DNA from: Candidatus Obscuribacteraceae bacterium
GTDB taxonomy: Bacteria > Cyanobacteriota > Vampirovibrionia > Obscuribacterales > Obscuribacteraceae
NCBI GenBank assembly: GCA_044226015.1
Contig: JBGAHS010000006.1
Coordinates: forward strand, 160,001-224,000
DNA length: 64,000 nucleotides
Reading direction: 5' to 3'
A program made the position numbers and the translations under genes. A model generated the notes under the pieces. The model ran no database searches. It was not told the DNA's origin and worked only from the letters and a program-made list of their open reading frames with translations. Shown here piece after piece: positions 36,661-46,061 of the stretch. Within the stretch, counting starts at the first letter, position 1, and each line of letters starts with the position of its first letter.

Positions 36661-37716
36661 TTAGAGATAGGACTCGTCTGCGTACTTTTTCGCAACATCG
36701 CGAGAGACCTTGCCGGACCTGACGAGATCTCCCACACTTTGGGAAAGGCTCATCATGCCCTGGGCTCGCCCAGTCTGCAAAATTGATGGAATCTGGAATG
36801 TTTTCTTCTCTCTGATCATATTTCCCACAGCAGCGTTTATGAAGAGCAACTCGTAAGCCAACGCTCTCGATTTTCCATCAGTACAGGGCAACAAGAGCTG
36901 GCTGAATACTGCTTGAAGTGACTCTGCAAGCATAGTTCGGATTTGCGGCTGTTTATCAGGGTGAAAGCTGTCAACGATGCGAGAAATCGACTTTATTGAA
37001 TCCGTAGTGTGCATGGAAGCCATGACGAGGTGACCAGTTTCTGCAGCCGTCAGTGCCAGGCTGATCGTTTCAGCATCACGCATTTCACCAATGACAATAA
37101 CATCGGGACTTTCACGCAGGGCGGCACGCATCGCTCGCTCGTAACTGGATGTGTGAGACACTACCTGCCTCTGGTTCACGAGGCATTTTTTGTGTGGATG
37201 GACAATTTCGATAGGATCTTCGAGGGTCAAGACATGCCGACCTTGATACTTTTCATTCAGCAAATTCACCAGAGCTGACAGTGTAGTGCTCTTGCCGCAG
37301 CCTGCTGGTCCTGTAATGAGAACCAGCCCATGATGGTACTCGACAAACTTCTCCACCTGTGGTGGCACTCCGAGTTCGGCGAGAGTGAGAGGTGCCGGAG
37401 GCAAGACGCGAAAACTTGCATTAATTCCAAGGTGTCCCTGAAAAACACTTCCGCGCAAACGGGCCAGCTGAGGAATCTCGATGACAAAGTCAGCATCCAT
37501 TTTCTCAGCGAAAGTGTTTCGTTCGTGCTCAGACAAGTAGCCGAGCAACTGAGGACGTAACTCTACATCAGTCAGAGGCTGGTCACTCATGGGTACTATG
37601 CTGCCTGCCAGGCGCATAGTTGCGGGGTATCCGGTGTGCAAGTGGATGTCACTTGCTTTCAAACTTATGGCTTTCTCGACGATTTCACGCAATGAATCTG
37701 CTACTGCTACGCTCAC
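36661..37716 (-). CDS. pilT: Second PilT/PilU-family ATPase
   Basis: ASDIHL, GPAGCGKST, LRESPDVIVIGEMRD and TGHLV motifs. Confidence 0.9.
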   Translation of the reverse strand: MSVAVADSLREIVEKAISLKASDIHLHTGYPATMRLAGSIVPMSDQPLTDVELRPQLLGYLSEHERNTFAEKMDADFVIEIPQLARLRGSVFQGHLGINASFRVLPPAPLTLAELGVPPQVEKFVEYHHGLVLITGPAGCGKSTTLSALVNLLNEKYQGRHVLTLEDPIEIVHPHKKCLVNQRQVVSHTSSYERAMRAALRESPDVIVIGEMRDAETISLALTAAETGHLVMASMHTTDSIKSISRIVDSFHPDKQPQIRTMLAESLQAVFSQLLLPCTDGKSRALAYELLFINAAVGNMIREKKTFQIPSILQTGRAQGMMSLSQSVGDLVRSGKVSRDVAKKYADESYL

Positions 37717-37874
37717 TCGCTGTCTCTCCCTGCTTGCCCAATCCGGTTTCGTCTACTTCAGTTATGCCCACTCCACTATGATGTCAACTCTTTCGCTCCG
37801 CTTGTCAAGGGGATATAAAGGTTACAAATCTGCATTGGCGGGGAATATTCTCGATCGAGATTTCCGGGAGACGA

Positions 37875-38564
37875 ATGAACATGGCAACAGAACAAAACAA
37901 AAATGCTCCAACAAACGAAGAGAATTTGGCTCAAGACCTGTCACCCGAAGAAGTTCTGCAGTCGCGGGTTGACAAAGACGAGGTTGTTGGTTTCATCGAA
38001 GGAATGGTTCATGCAATGGGTTCGGCAGCGGCCGGACAGATGCTTCCAATGAACCCGCTTCATCAAAAGTCTGCCTATCATGCTAGCGAACCTCCCAGCA
38101 AGAAATACCATTCAAAATCTGTTGCGCAAATTATGGGCAAACTTGAGCGCCTACAAAAATATCCAGACCGTGCAAATGACGTCTTGAATGACAGCAACAT
38201 TCATGAGTGGGTAAACCATCATGGTTGTAAGGCTAAAGAGTACTATGAAGAACTCGAATGTGCACAAGAACTCACGAGTCTTTTCGGTGGATATCGCCGC
38301 TTCGATTTAGCTATTCAAGCCGCGACTAAAGCGCGTGCAATCACCATTCTTCATCGTCGCGACGATAACGACACACTGACAGAGCTTAATTGGGTACTAG
38401 CTGACCTTAATGCTGCAGCAGACAAAATGGATGTGGCCGTCGAATGGCTCCAGAAGACACTTGACCTTGCAGAGCCAGGTGCTGGTCCAGATCATCCAAC
38501 TTACAAAGAGTTGCTTGGTGAGCTGCAGGAAACTAATGAGCGCTGCAAACTAGTTTCAGTCTAA
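37875..38564 (+). CDS. Hypothetical protein with a C-terminal TPR-like region
   Basis: GGGAG RBS; helical C-terminus ending GPDHP. Confidence 0.75.
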   Translation: MNMATEQNKNAPTNEENLAQDLSPEEVLQSRVDKDEVVGFIEGMVHAMGSAAAGQMLPMNPLHQKSAYHASEPPSKKYHSKSVAQIMGKLERLQKYPDRANDVLNDSNIHEWVNHHGCKAKEYYEELECAQELTSLFGGYRRFDLAIQAATKARAITILHRRDDNDTLTELNWVLADLNAAADKMDVAVEWLQKTLDLAEPGAGPDHPTYKELLGELQETNERCKLVSV

Positions 38565-38585
38565 AAGACAGTTCTCAATATCTTT

Positions 38586-38620
38586 AAGAGCAGGGATACA
38601 CTCCCTGCTCTTTTCTTTTT
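38586..38620 (+). terminator. Intrinsic terminator
   Basis: AAGAGCAGGGA-TACAC-TCCCTGCTCTT followed by TTCTTTTT. Confidence 0.9.
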
Positions 38621-38726
38621 CAATGATATGACTTTTGTAAGCTTCTTCAAGGCGGAATGGAGCCAAAGGAATTTCTAATGCCAGAAAGCTGAAACTGACG
38701 AAGCGGCTAAGATTAGAGGGATTCTC

Positions 38727-39893
38727 TTGACACCTCCAGGCGGCTCAGACTATCCTGTTCAAGCTCGAACGCTAGGACCCGCCCATTCGCGCAGGCACGG
38801 ACTTATGCCCTGGATTTCTCCATATGGACTTCTCGAGATATTTGCAGGATTCGTCCTGGTAACCCTGCTTCTTTTTGATATTTTCCAAGCCGTACTGGTA
38901 CCCCGTTTCACGCCAGCTTCGATGCGGCTGACTCCAAATCTAATTGGTCGATTTGCCTGGCCTATCTTTCGCAAATTTTCAGCACACGTGCACAATGAAA
39001 TGTTACTCGACCATATGCTTGGAGTGTTCGCTCCATTTGTATTTGTTTTGATTTTTTCGCTTGCGATGGCGTCTTTGATCTTAGGATTCGGAATGATAGT
39101 GTTGGGTTTGGGTCCGCATTTTACGCCTCAAATCGATGACTATGGCACTGCCTGTTATACGGCTGCTACCGCAGTTCTCACACTGGGGTTCGGCGATTTT
39201 GTTGCAACGGGACCTTTAGCGCGCATCATTCTTATTATTGCCGCTTCAACCGGCATCTCGGTGGCTGCTATCGCTGTCTCTTTCATTTTCTCGATGCAAA
39301 CGAACGTTCATCTCAGAGAGCAAATGGTGCACGCTATGCAAATGCGCATAAAACCTGAGAACTCTGCGCTTGCAGTTCTTCTGAATTATGCTGATCTCGG
39401 CATAACAAATCAGCTCATCTCAGACATTCAAAGCTGGGAGATGTGGATGGCACAAGTTCTAACGAGTCATCGCTCATTTCCACTGTTGTGCTATTTTCGT
39501 TCGGGGCATGGCAGTGTTCCATGGGTGACCGTTATTGGTATCATGCTTGACGTTGCTAATTTACTGAGCACTACAGTCAACGAAAAACGCTACGCACACA
39601 GTGCTTTTTTGCTTCACATAGGAACCAAAATTCTAGTTGATTTCCGAAACTATTTTGACCTGGCGCCAGTTGAAGTCAGCATCCAGAGAGAGGAATTTTG
39701 CCAGGCGTATGCACAGTTGAAAGCGCGAGGCTATGTGATGCACGATGAAGAAGTCGCCTGGGAGCGGTTTCATCTGAATCGCAGCCAATATGCGCCATCA
39801 CTGAATGCTCTATGCTACCAATTTCTCAGTCCACTGCCGAATTTTGCAGCTTCTCTGCGATCTGAAGAGAAAACTGGGGCAAACATAGTTTGA
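38727..39893 (+). CDS. Potassium channel family (Ion_trans_2) protein; start uncertain
   Basis: TLGFGD selectivity filter between TM helices; H.SFPLLCYFRS motif. Confidence 0.85.
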   Translation: MTPPGGSDYPVQARTLGPAHSRRHGLMPWISPYGLLEIFAGFVLVTLLLFDIFQAVLVPRFTPASMRLTPNLIGRFAWPIFRKFSAHVHNEMLLDHMLGVFAPFVFVLIFSLAMASLILGFGMIVLGLGPHFTPQIDDYGTACYTAATAVLTLGFGDFVATGPLARIILIIAASTGISVAAIAVSFIFSMQTNVHLREQMVHAMQMRIKPENSALAVLLNYADLGITNQLISDIQSWEMWMAQVLTSHRSFPLLCYFRSGHGSVPWVTVIGIMLDVANLLSTTVNEKRYAHSAFLLHIGTKILVDFRNYFDLAPVEVSIQREEFCQAYAQLKARGYVMHDEEVAWERFHLNRSQYAPSLNALCYQFLSPLPNFAASLRSEEKTGANIV

Positions 39894-39968
39894 ATTCAGG
39901 CTTCCAAAATTTAAACCTTGAAAGTTCCAAAGCTAAAGGCTAAGCTCAAAGGGTAAGCTCCATCATGC

Positions 39969-40457
39969 TTGAGCAATATGCACCGCAGAGTAAGCCGACG
40001 TCGCTCGGAACCAAACCCTGAAAAAGATGCGTCAAAAGAGGCATTGAAACTTGCTTTCCGGCACGAAGTGCGCCCGGAGGACTATTTACTGCGTGTTTGG
40101 GGAACGTCAATTCTGGCTGGCTTTTACTACACCTTTTTGGCATGTACTAGAAATGGGTCTTTTGAACTAGGACTTCTGGTTCCTCTCAACGCGAAATGGA
40201 ACGGACATGATCCCTATGGAAATCTGTATCTTGAAACTTGGTCAACGATCTTTGTCGACTCGCTTCAGGTCGGTTTTATCATTTGGGGAACAGTCTTGCT
40301 ACTGACCGGAATATATCGAGCTTTCAAAAGAGACAAGTATATTTTTGCTTGCTTCTACCTTGGTATTGCATTCGTAGGATTTTTTCTCTTTCTTCCCGGC
40401 TGGACTCAGAGCCTGCTTAACATGCTAATTGAGAAGTGTCCTGTTCTAGTTCAATAG
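39969..40457 (+). CDS. Small membrane hypothetical protein
   Basis: Three hydrophobic segments; 162 aa. Confidence 0.65.
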   Translation: MSNMHRRVSRRRSEPNPEKDASKEALKLAFRHEVRPEDYLLRVWGTSILAGFYYTFLACTRNGSFELGLLVPLNAKWNGHDPYGNLYLETWSTIFVDSLQVGFIIWGTVLLLTGIYRAFKRDKYIFACFYLGIAFVGFFLFLPGWTQSLLNMLIEKCPVLVQ

Positions 40458-43172
40458 CGGTTTCTCCTGCGCCTTTTGTGTGCTGTAGCCGACGCCAACA
40501 TTGAGTCCCTCGATAGCAGCAGAAAACGCCATCGACGGGAGGGAATATCGTCCAAGTAATATAGGTGCCTGCCATGCTTTCGGCGTAGTATCTCTCACCG
40601 CATCTGACATGAATTTTGTGGGAGATAGCGCGTTCTGCTTTTTCATGTAAGACAGAAGTAGGTCAACCTGAGAGAGTTTAATTGGTTCAGCATTCACTGC
40701 AGCTCGTGCTTCAGCAGAGAGAAGTCGTTGGCCAAAGACCCAATTCTCAGCAGTATGATAGACAGGCTCTGTGTTGTAGGTGCTAATCATGCCGACCTTG
40801 CCCCATTTATCTACCGGGTGAAATAGCGTAAGGACGTCATAAGTTTTCTCGGGGTCAGCAGGCGTCCATGTTTTGCTCGCTTGATCAAAAACTTCAACCG
40901 ACGTAACTCGCTGTGCGGGTGGCAAGGTACGATTGTATGAATATCGAACTCCTTCTCCGGCAAGGAAGTTGCCCGAGTAATCGTGCAGATCAAGATTCTG
41001 TGGCTCGACAAATAACGCTTTAACCTTGTCTCTAAATTGCGAGAATGTTGATGAATTTGCACTGGTCGCTTCCGCTGGAGCCAAATCAGAAACTCCAAAT
41101 TCCAGGGCACGGCGCAATTGTTTGCCAGTTAGTTGAATCGCGGCAAGCTCTCTCGTTTCGCGTGCTTCAGAGCCAGTGTTCAGGAAGACATTTGATGCCT
41201 TGAGGCGATTTAGAATTCCCTTTGGCACCTCTTCTCTTATGTCACCAGTATGTTTGAGCATAATGCTCAGAGGTGAAATTGAATTCAATCCCTGCGCAGC
41301 ACGCTCTGCATTTAATTGTGGAAGCCTGGAATTAACTTCTTCAAGTAGTCCTCTACTTATGAGAGTTGCAAGAGGAGTTTGAACCCCGTGATCGCCTCTG
41401 ATGCCATCTTGAGAAAATGCCTGTAAAACATTTATATCGTTGTGCACCTGATTATGCAGGTCGGTTATTTTGTATGTTCCTTCCGTTTTCGAAGCTATTG
41501 CACTAGTTTGAGTTTCGATGTAGCTCTTAATTTCTGGATCTGGTTTTATGTCTGGTCCTATTTCATGAAGAGTGCCTCTGCTGCGGAATTTGTCAGCACT
41601 TCCGTCAGGTTTAATCGCAAGCTTGAGTTCACCTAACCAGCCTCCTTTGCTGCCCGCCTGCACGATGGGAATCTCATTTCCATTAGCTGAATTTCGCACC
41701 CACACGGGCACTGGTTCGATATCGTGAGAATGAGCACCAACTATTGCGGCGACCTTTCCTTTGAGTGATTTTGCAAGAGCGACGTCTTCTGAACGTCCCA
41801 TGTGTGACAGAACGACGATTTTATTGACGCCGTTTCCATTAAGCTCTCTAATCGTTTTGTCCGCCATCTCAGTTGAAGGCAGGTACTTAACTGCTCCGTC
41901 TGAACCTGTTTCGAGCTCTCTTGTGACCAATCCGATGAGACCAATTTTCTCGCCATTAGCTGCTTCAATAACTCTGTACGGTTTGTAGGAACCCTGGGCG
42001 CCGATGAAACCAGGTGCCGATGGCACTTCGATGTTGGTGGCAATCGCGGGAATTTCTCTACCAAGTTCTTTCTGAATACTGGTGATATTCTTGACCCAAG
42101 CTGCGACATCAGTTTGTCCAAAGCCGATGTCAGCAACGTGATTACCTGGAATGAAACCATCAACGTTCATTCTCTGAATAGCGGAGGTTTCAACATGTCC
42201 AACATTGGTTGAGCCGGCAATTACGTTTCCAGAATAGTTGTCACCCAAATCAAAAAGAAAAGCCTTTTCGCCTCGCTGGGCTGCAGCTGCTCGTAGTTCA
42301 GTGGCTTTGCTTGCAATCTGAGGCAAGCTTGCTCTGTCACCTATGAGGGAGCTGTGAAGATCATTAAAATGCAAAATGTTGACTCTGGTGGTGCCGATGT
42401 CACCCATCAAAGAGGCTTGTGCATAGCGGAAAATGTCTTTAGCGTTAACGAGGGTCGAAAGGGAGGTAGATAGCAGTCCCCCAAAAGAAGCTCCAACCAG
42501 GGTAGAGCTTCCTACTTCCTTACCGATGTTTTCCCAACCAGTAATATTATTGAGCTGTCCACTGTTAACCATGATTGCATGAGGAAGGCTAACAACGAAA
42601 CTACCTGCGGCTCCTGCCGCGACTCCCCGAATAGCATTCTGTTTTATGCGTTCGGAAATCGAGCCTGCTAGGACCTTTTCTCCAACCTGCAAGGCGTTCT
42701 CCGCTGTAATTGTTTCGCTGGCAAATCTTCGCCCAAGGCTAATAGTGAGCTTACGCGAAACTGCCTGTTCCATTGCGCTGGCAGCAACTCCAGCAAGTCC
42801 ATCAATTGCACCCCAGCCAAAATCTTGTGGAGAAAGAGTACGTTTATCTTCCGGTAGCAAGGCAAGTTCCAGACCACCTTTAATTTCTACTCGACTGATA
42901 CCACCTACTGTGGCCGCGGCTGCCAGGCGAACGGGGAGCTTGATGCGCTCAGGTAGCATCGAAAATGCACAAGTACCCAGAATTCCCGAACCTAATGTAC
43001 CGGCAAATTCTGAGAAAGCTTGCCTGCGATCGAGGCTGTCCTTGCTGTATGCTTCCTGGTGAAGCAAATTGCTTGAAGTTAGCTTGAGTGAATCACCATG
43101 GTGGTGCTGCTCGTTTTCACTAGCAGATAAGATTGGCTCTGGAGCTGAGCTGGAAAGCTCAAAGTCTGGCAT
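40446..43172 (-). CDS. Gly/Ala-rich N-region fused to a metallophosphatase/5'-nucleotidase
   Basis: HFNDLH, DLGD, PGNH, LSHMG, GAHSH and IVQAG motifs plus a 5'-nucleotidase C-domain; likely start ATG 43172. Confidence 0.85.
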   Translation of the reverse strand: MPDFELSSSAPEPILSASENEQHHHGDSLKLTSSNLLHQEAYSKDSLDRRQAFSEFAGTLGSGILGTCAFSMLPERIKLPVRLAAAATVGGISRVEIKGGLELALLPEDKRTLSPQDFGWGAIDGLAGVAASAMEQAVSRKLTISLGRRFASETITAENALQVGEKVLAGSISERIKQNAIRGVAAGAAGSFVVSLPHAIMVNSGQLNNITGWENIGKEVGSSTLVGASFGGLLSTSLSTLVNAKDIFRYAQASLMGDIGTTRVNILHFNDLHSSLIGDRASLPQIASKATELRAAAAQRGEKAFLFDLGDNYSGNVIAGSTNVGHVETSAIQRMNVDGFIPGNHVADIGFGQTDVAAWVKNITSIQKELGREIPAIATNIEVPSAPGFIGAQGSYKPYRVIEAANGEKIGLIGLVTRELETGSDGAVKYLPSTEMADKTIRELNGNGVNKIVVLSHMGRSEDVALAKSLKGKVAAIVGAHSHDIEPVPVWVRNSANGNEIPIVQAGSKGGWLGELKLAIKPDGSADKFRSRGTLHEIGPDIKPDPEIKSYIETQTSAIASKTEGTYKITDLHNQVHNDINVLQAFSQDGIRGDHGVQTPLATLISRGLLEEVNSRLPQLNAERAAQGLNSISPLSIMLKHTGDIREEVPKGILNRLKASNVFLNTGSEARETRELAAIQLTGKQLRRALEFGVSDLAPAEATSANSSTFSQFRDKVKALFVEPQNLDLHDYSGNFLAGEGVRYSYNRTLPPAQRVTSVEVFDQASKTWTPADPEKTYDVLTLFHPVDKWGKVGMISTYNTEPVYHTAENWVFGQRLLSAEARAAVNAEPIKLSQVDLLLSYMKKQNALSPTKFMSDAVRDTTPKAWQAPILLGRYSLPSMAFSAAIEGLNVGVGYSTQKAQEKPLLN

Positions 43173-43467
43173 AGTCCTACCCATAAGCATGGCAGCAGCC
43201 GTGGTCTCACAAAACCACCAGCCTGGCTCAAACTTAAGCCGTTCGCTGCTTTCAACGTTCCCAACACAAATATTAATACTGCACAATTACACATCTGTCA
43301 GTGTGTAAATTACGAAATCGGCACAGTACAACAGTTCAGTGCTCTGACAAAAAAAAGAAGCAGGAATTTTCTTCGTGAATTGGGATATCCAGGAAGGCTT
43401 TAGAATTTCTGTCCGCCAGCCAACACCTTGGAGTAACTCATGAGATTCTGAGGTCGAGAATGGTAGG

Positions 43468-43794
43468 CTATTTTTTGAAAAATTCGTTCAGTATATAAGC
43501 GGTTCCAACGACTGGAATGACAACTAGCATGGTTTTGACGTAGGTCTTTTTCCAAAACGGCATTCGGCGCCATTCCTCGTCTGCACTCTCTATTATCCTT
43601 TTCAGCCGTTCATCTTGGAACTCCGCGACATCAATGACCTGCGGCTTTCCAGCATCAATCTCCTGCGGATTTCCGGCATCAATCGTTGACTGAACTTCAG
43701 GCTGATCTATCCGCTCAAAAACAAAGCCCTCAGCAAGCGCAGGAGAAGCGCTTAACAGCAACAGAACAAAAATAGTAACTGCTGCAAACTTCAA
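43468..43794 (-). CDS. Small exported protein with a C-terminal TM helix
   Basis: TTG 43794 after GGAGGG; signal peptide ending ALA; IDAGNPQE/IDAGKPQV repeat. Confidence 0.7.
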   Translation of the reverse strand: MKFAAVTIFVLLLLSASPALAEGFVFERIDQPEVQSTIDAGNPQEIDAGKPQVIDVAEFQDERLKRIIESADEEWRRMPFWKKTYVKTMLVVIPVVGTAYILNEFFKK

Positions 43795-43916
43795 GACAAA
43801 GCCCTCCAATAGCGTTCTTATTCAAACATCGAGACATGAAAAGTTGGAGAATTTAAGACACTTCGAGGACTGTTCTGTCAGTAATCTCGGTAAGGCTATT
43901 TCTATCCTAAAGTTTG

Positions 43917-43946
43917 TTGACACGCATACGCATGTATGGTAATAAT
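43917..43946 (+). promoter_or_regulatory. Sigma70-like promoter with a dyad in its spacer
   Basis: TTGACA at 43917, TAATAAT at 43940; CATAC-GCAT-GTATG at 43925-43938. Confidence 0.6.
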
Positions 43947-43949
43947 AGT

Positions 43950-44276
43950 ACTAGCTACATCTGCTCTTGCATAGCAGGGAGTAGTTTTTCCTGGTAAGCC
44001 AAATTGCGGATCTGGGAACGGAGGCCGATATTTCTCACTCATGGTGGGGGGTATCGGGGATGGCGGGCCCCCCTTCGTTTCAACAGGTCCGCTAGAAGCG
44101 CTGGCATTTACCCGGCCGGCACATTGAACTTTTTCTCTTGGACCTCAGTCAGGATGAAAGAATATCGCATCCAAACTGAACCTTTGAGACTTCAGCTGGT
44201 GCTCAGCTCCTCAGGGTTTTCCCTGTATATGGGACCTATTAAAACGAATAGAATCGAAGGTCGATATCCACCTTGA
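43950..44276 (+). ncRNA. Candidate structured noncoding RNA or long structured leader
   Basis: Series of hairpins, including a 33-bp G-U-rich stem at 44006-44092 that pairs fully only on the + strand. Confidence 0.55.
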
Positions 44277-44291
44277 CATCGGTGCCGAATA

Positions 44292-46061
44292 TTGAACTTC
44301 CTCAAAAAAAATCGGTCTGATCGCTCTGCAATCAAATATAAACCTCTTCCTACATGGTGTTCCAATATAGTGCTTGCTACCGCACTAGTATCTGGAGTTC
44401 TCGGAACTTACCTGCTAGTGCCGCTTGAGTCAGCGGTTCCACAGAAAATTGCACCCACAGAAATACAGGGGGTTAGCATAACAGAGGCGCCTCTGGGGCT
44501 GATTGATCTCCAATTGTTTGATGCAGCAACCTGGCTCAATAAGAAGTTACACCCTCTTACTGCCTATCCAGAGCTTGTTGAGCCAGATGAAATAGCCGAT
44601 TCGCAAATAATCTCAGGTTCTCAAATCAACAGCCAGGGCAGCAGGCTGGCCCAGTATCAAGACGTAAAAAGCCTACTAAGCCTTCAACAGATAGAATTCG
44701 ATAGAGAATCAAAAAGCATCGTTGTTGCAAGTTTTTTTCTGCTTGTTTCATCCATTCTTCTCGTCTTGGCTTTGAGATTGCGAGATAGTCTGCTGAGACT
44801 TACAAAGGAATCCATCATATTCCCTTCCGCTCTGATGCCAGAACTGAATTGGCGTCGCCGACGTGAATGGACTGATTTCAGTGCCATGACAGTAGAGGAA
44901 AGTGAATCTGGTGCAGATTTGATTTTGCTTTTTGCTAGTGGTGGAAAGGCTGTATTGAAGCTCAATAAACTGTCGAACAACGCCAGAGAAGAACTGTTTA
45001 TTGCACTAGATGAGAATGCAGCGCACGCAGCTAGGTCACCAGAATTGGTGGCATTTCGACACAAGTTATTCAGTAGCAGTTGCAACCCCAGTGCTAATAC
45101 CTTCACAAAGTTGTGGGAGGCTGAACTCAATTCCCACTACTCCTCAACAAACTTTGTCACATTGTCTTCAAAAAGCACTTTGCAAAATGATCAAATAAGA
45201 ATTTCAATGCACATCTCATCCGGCGGACTCTCAGCTGTTTACCTTGCAGAGAAAAATAAGCAAATGGTCGTCGTTAAAGAATCTGTCTTACCCGCAGGTT
45301 CAAGTGAAGAGAATTTGAATAAGGCTAGGGAGCTGTTTCGCCGTGAAGCACGCGTTTTGATGGCTTTAGATCATCCCCGAATTGCAAAGGTATTAGACTA
45401 CTTCCAAGAAAATGGTCGCGACTACCTGCTACTGGAATATATTCCTGGAATCACTCTTAGAGAGTATGTTCGCCGTCATGGAACTCAAAGCGAAGAGAAG
45501 GTTATAGCGTGGACAAAAGCGATAGCTGAGATACTGAAGTACCTCCATGAACAAGATCCACCGGTAATCCATCGAGATCTAACTCCAGATAATCTCATGA
45601 TTACACCGTCTGGCGAAATTGTATTGATTGACTTCGGTGCTGCAAACCAACTTATTGGCACTGCCACCGGTACCATAGTTGGGAAGCAATACTACATTTC
45701 TCCCGAGCAATTCAGAGGCAAGTCCATCCCCGCAAGTGATATTTATTCATTAGGCGGTACACTGAACTTCCTCCTCACAGGAAAAGACCCTGAAGCACTC
45801 GCATGCTCATTCCCTATGGAGAGCAATAGTTCTATAAGTGCTGCCATGAATGAGTTTGTGGCCGATTGTACAAGGACTGAACTTTCGAAGCGCATTCCGT
45901 CAATAGATCATCTCATCGACCGGCTCTCCTCACTAGAAACCTATGCCCCTCTTCCGATCTTGGAGGGAAGTTCATCACGACACAATTCAATAGATATCAT
46001 TGCTGGTGCCGCAGATGGTGAGGTGATATCACTGAAGGAAGAGGAGAAAATACTTAAGTGA
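44292..46061 (+). CDS. Membrane protein with a C-terminal Ser/Thr kinase domain
   Basis: Two TM helices; GGLSAVY, VVKE, HRDLTPDN, DFG and SPEQFRG motifs. Confidence 0.88.
   Translation: MNFLKKNRSDRSAIKYKPLPTWCSNIVLATALVSGVLGTYLLVPLESAVPQKIAPTEIQGVSITEAPLGLIDLQLFDAATWLNKKLHPLTAYPELVEPDEIADSQIISGSQINSQGSRLAQYQDVKSLLSLQQIEFDRESKSIVVASFFLLVSSILLVLALRLRDSLLRLTKESIIFPSALMPELNWRRRREWTDFSAMTVEESESGADLILLFASGGKAVLKLNKLSNNAREELFIALDENAAHAARSPELVAFRHKLFSSSCNPSANTFTKLWEAELNSHYSSTNFVTLSSKSTLQNDQIRISMHISSGGLSAVYLAEKNKQMVVVKESVLPAGSSEENLNKARELFRREARVLMALDHPRIAKVLDYFQENGRDYLLLEYIPGITLREYVRRHGTQSEEKVIAWTKAIAEILKYLHEQDPPVIHRDLTPDNLMITPSGEIVLIDFGAANQLIGTATGTIVGKQYYISPEQFRGKSIPASDIYSLGGTLNFLLTGKDPEALACSFPMESNSSISAAMNEFVADCTRTELSKRIPSIDHLIDRLSSLETYAPLPILEGSSSRHNSIDIIAGAADGEVISLKEEEKILK

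Noticed and set aside
44084..44101. CAGGTCCGCTAGAAGCGC resembling SRP RNA helix 8 (CAGGUCCGGAAGGAAGCAGC)
   Set aside because: The GNRA tetraloop and its closing pairs are missing, and CAGGUCCGC is already used in the long stem
44004..44276. 90-aa ORF in the structured region
   Set aside because: TTG start without an RBS and no recognisable protein features; RNA structure explains the region better
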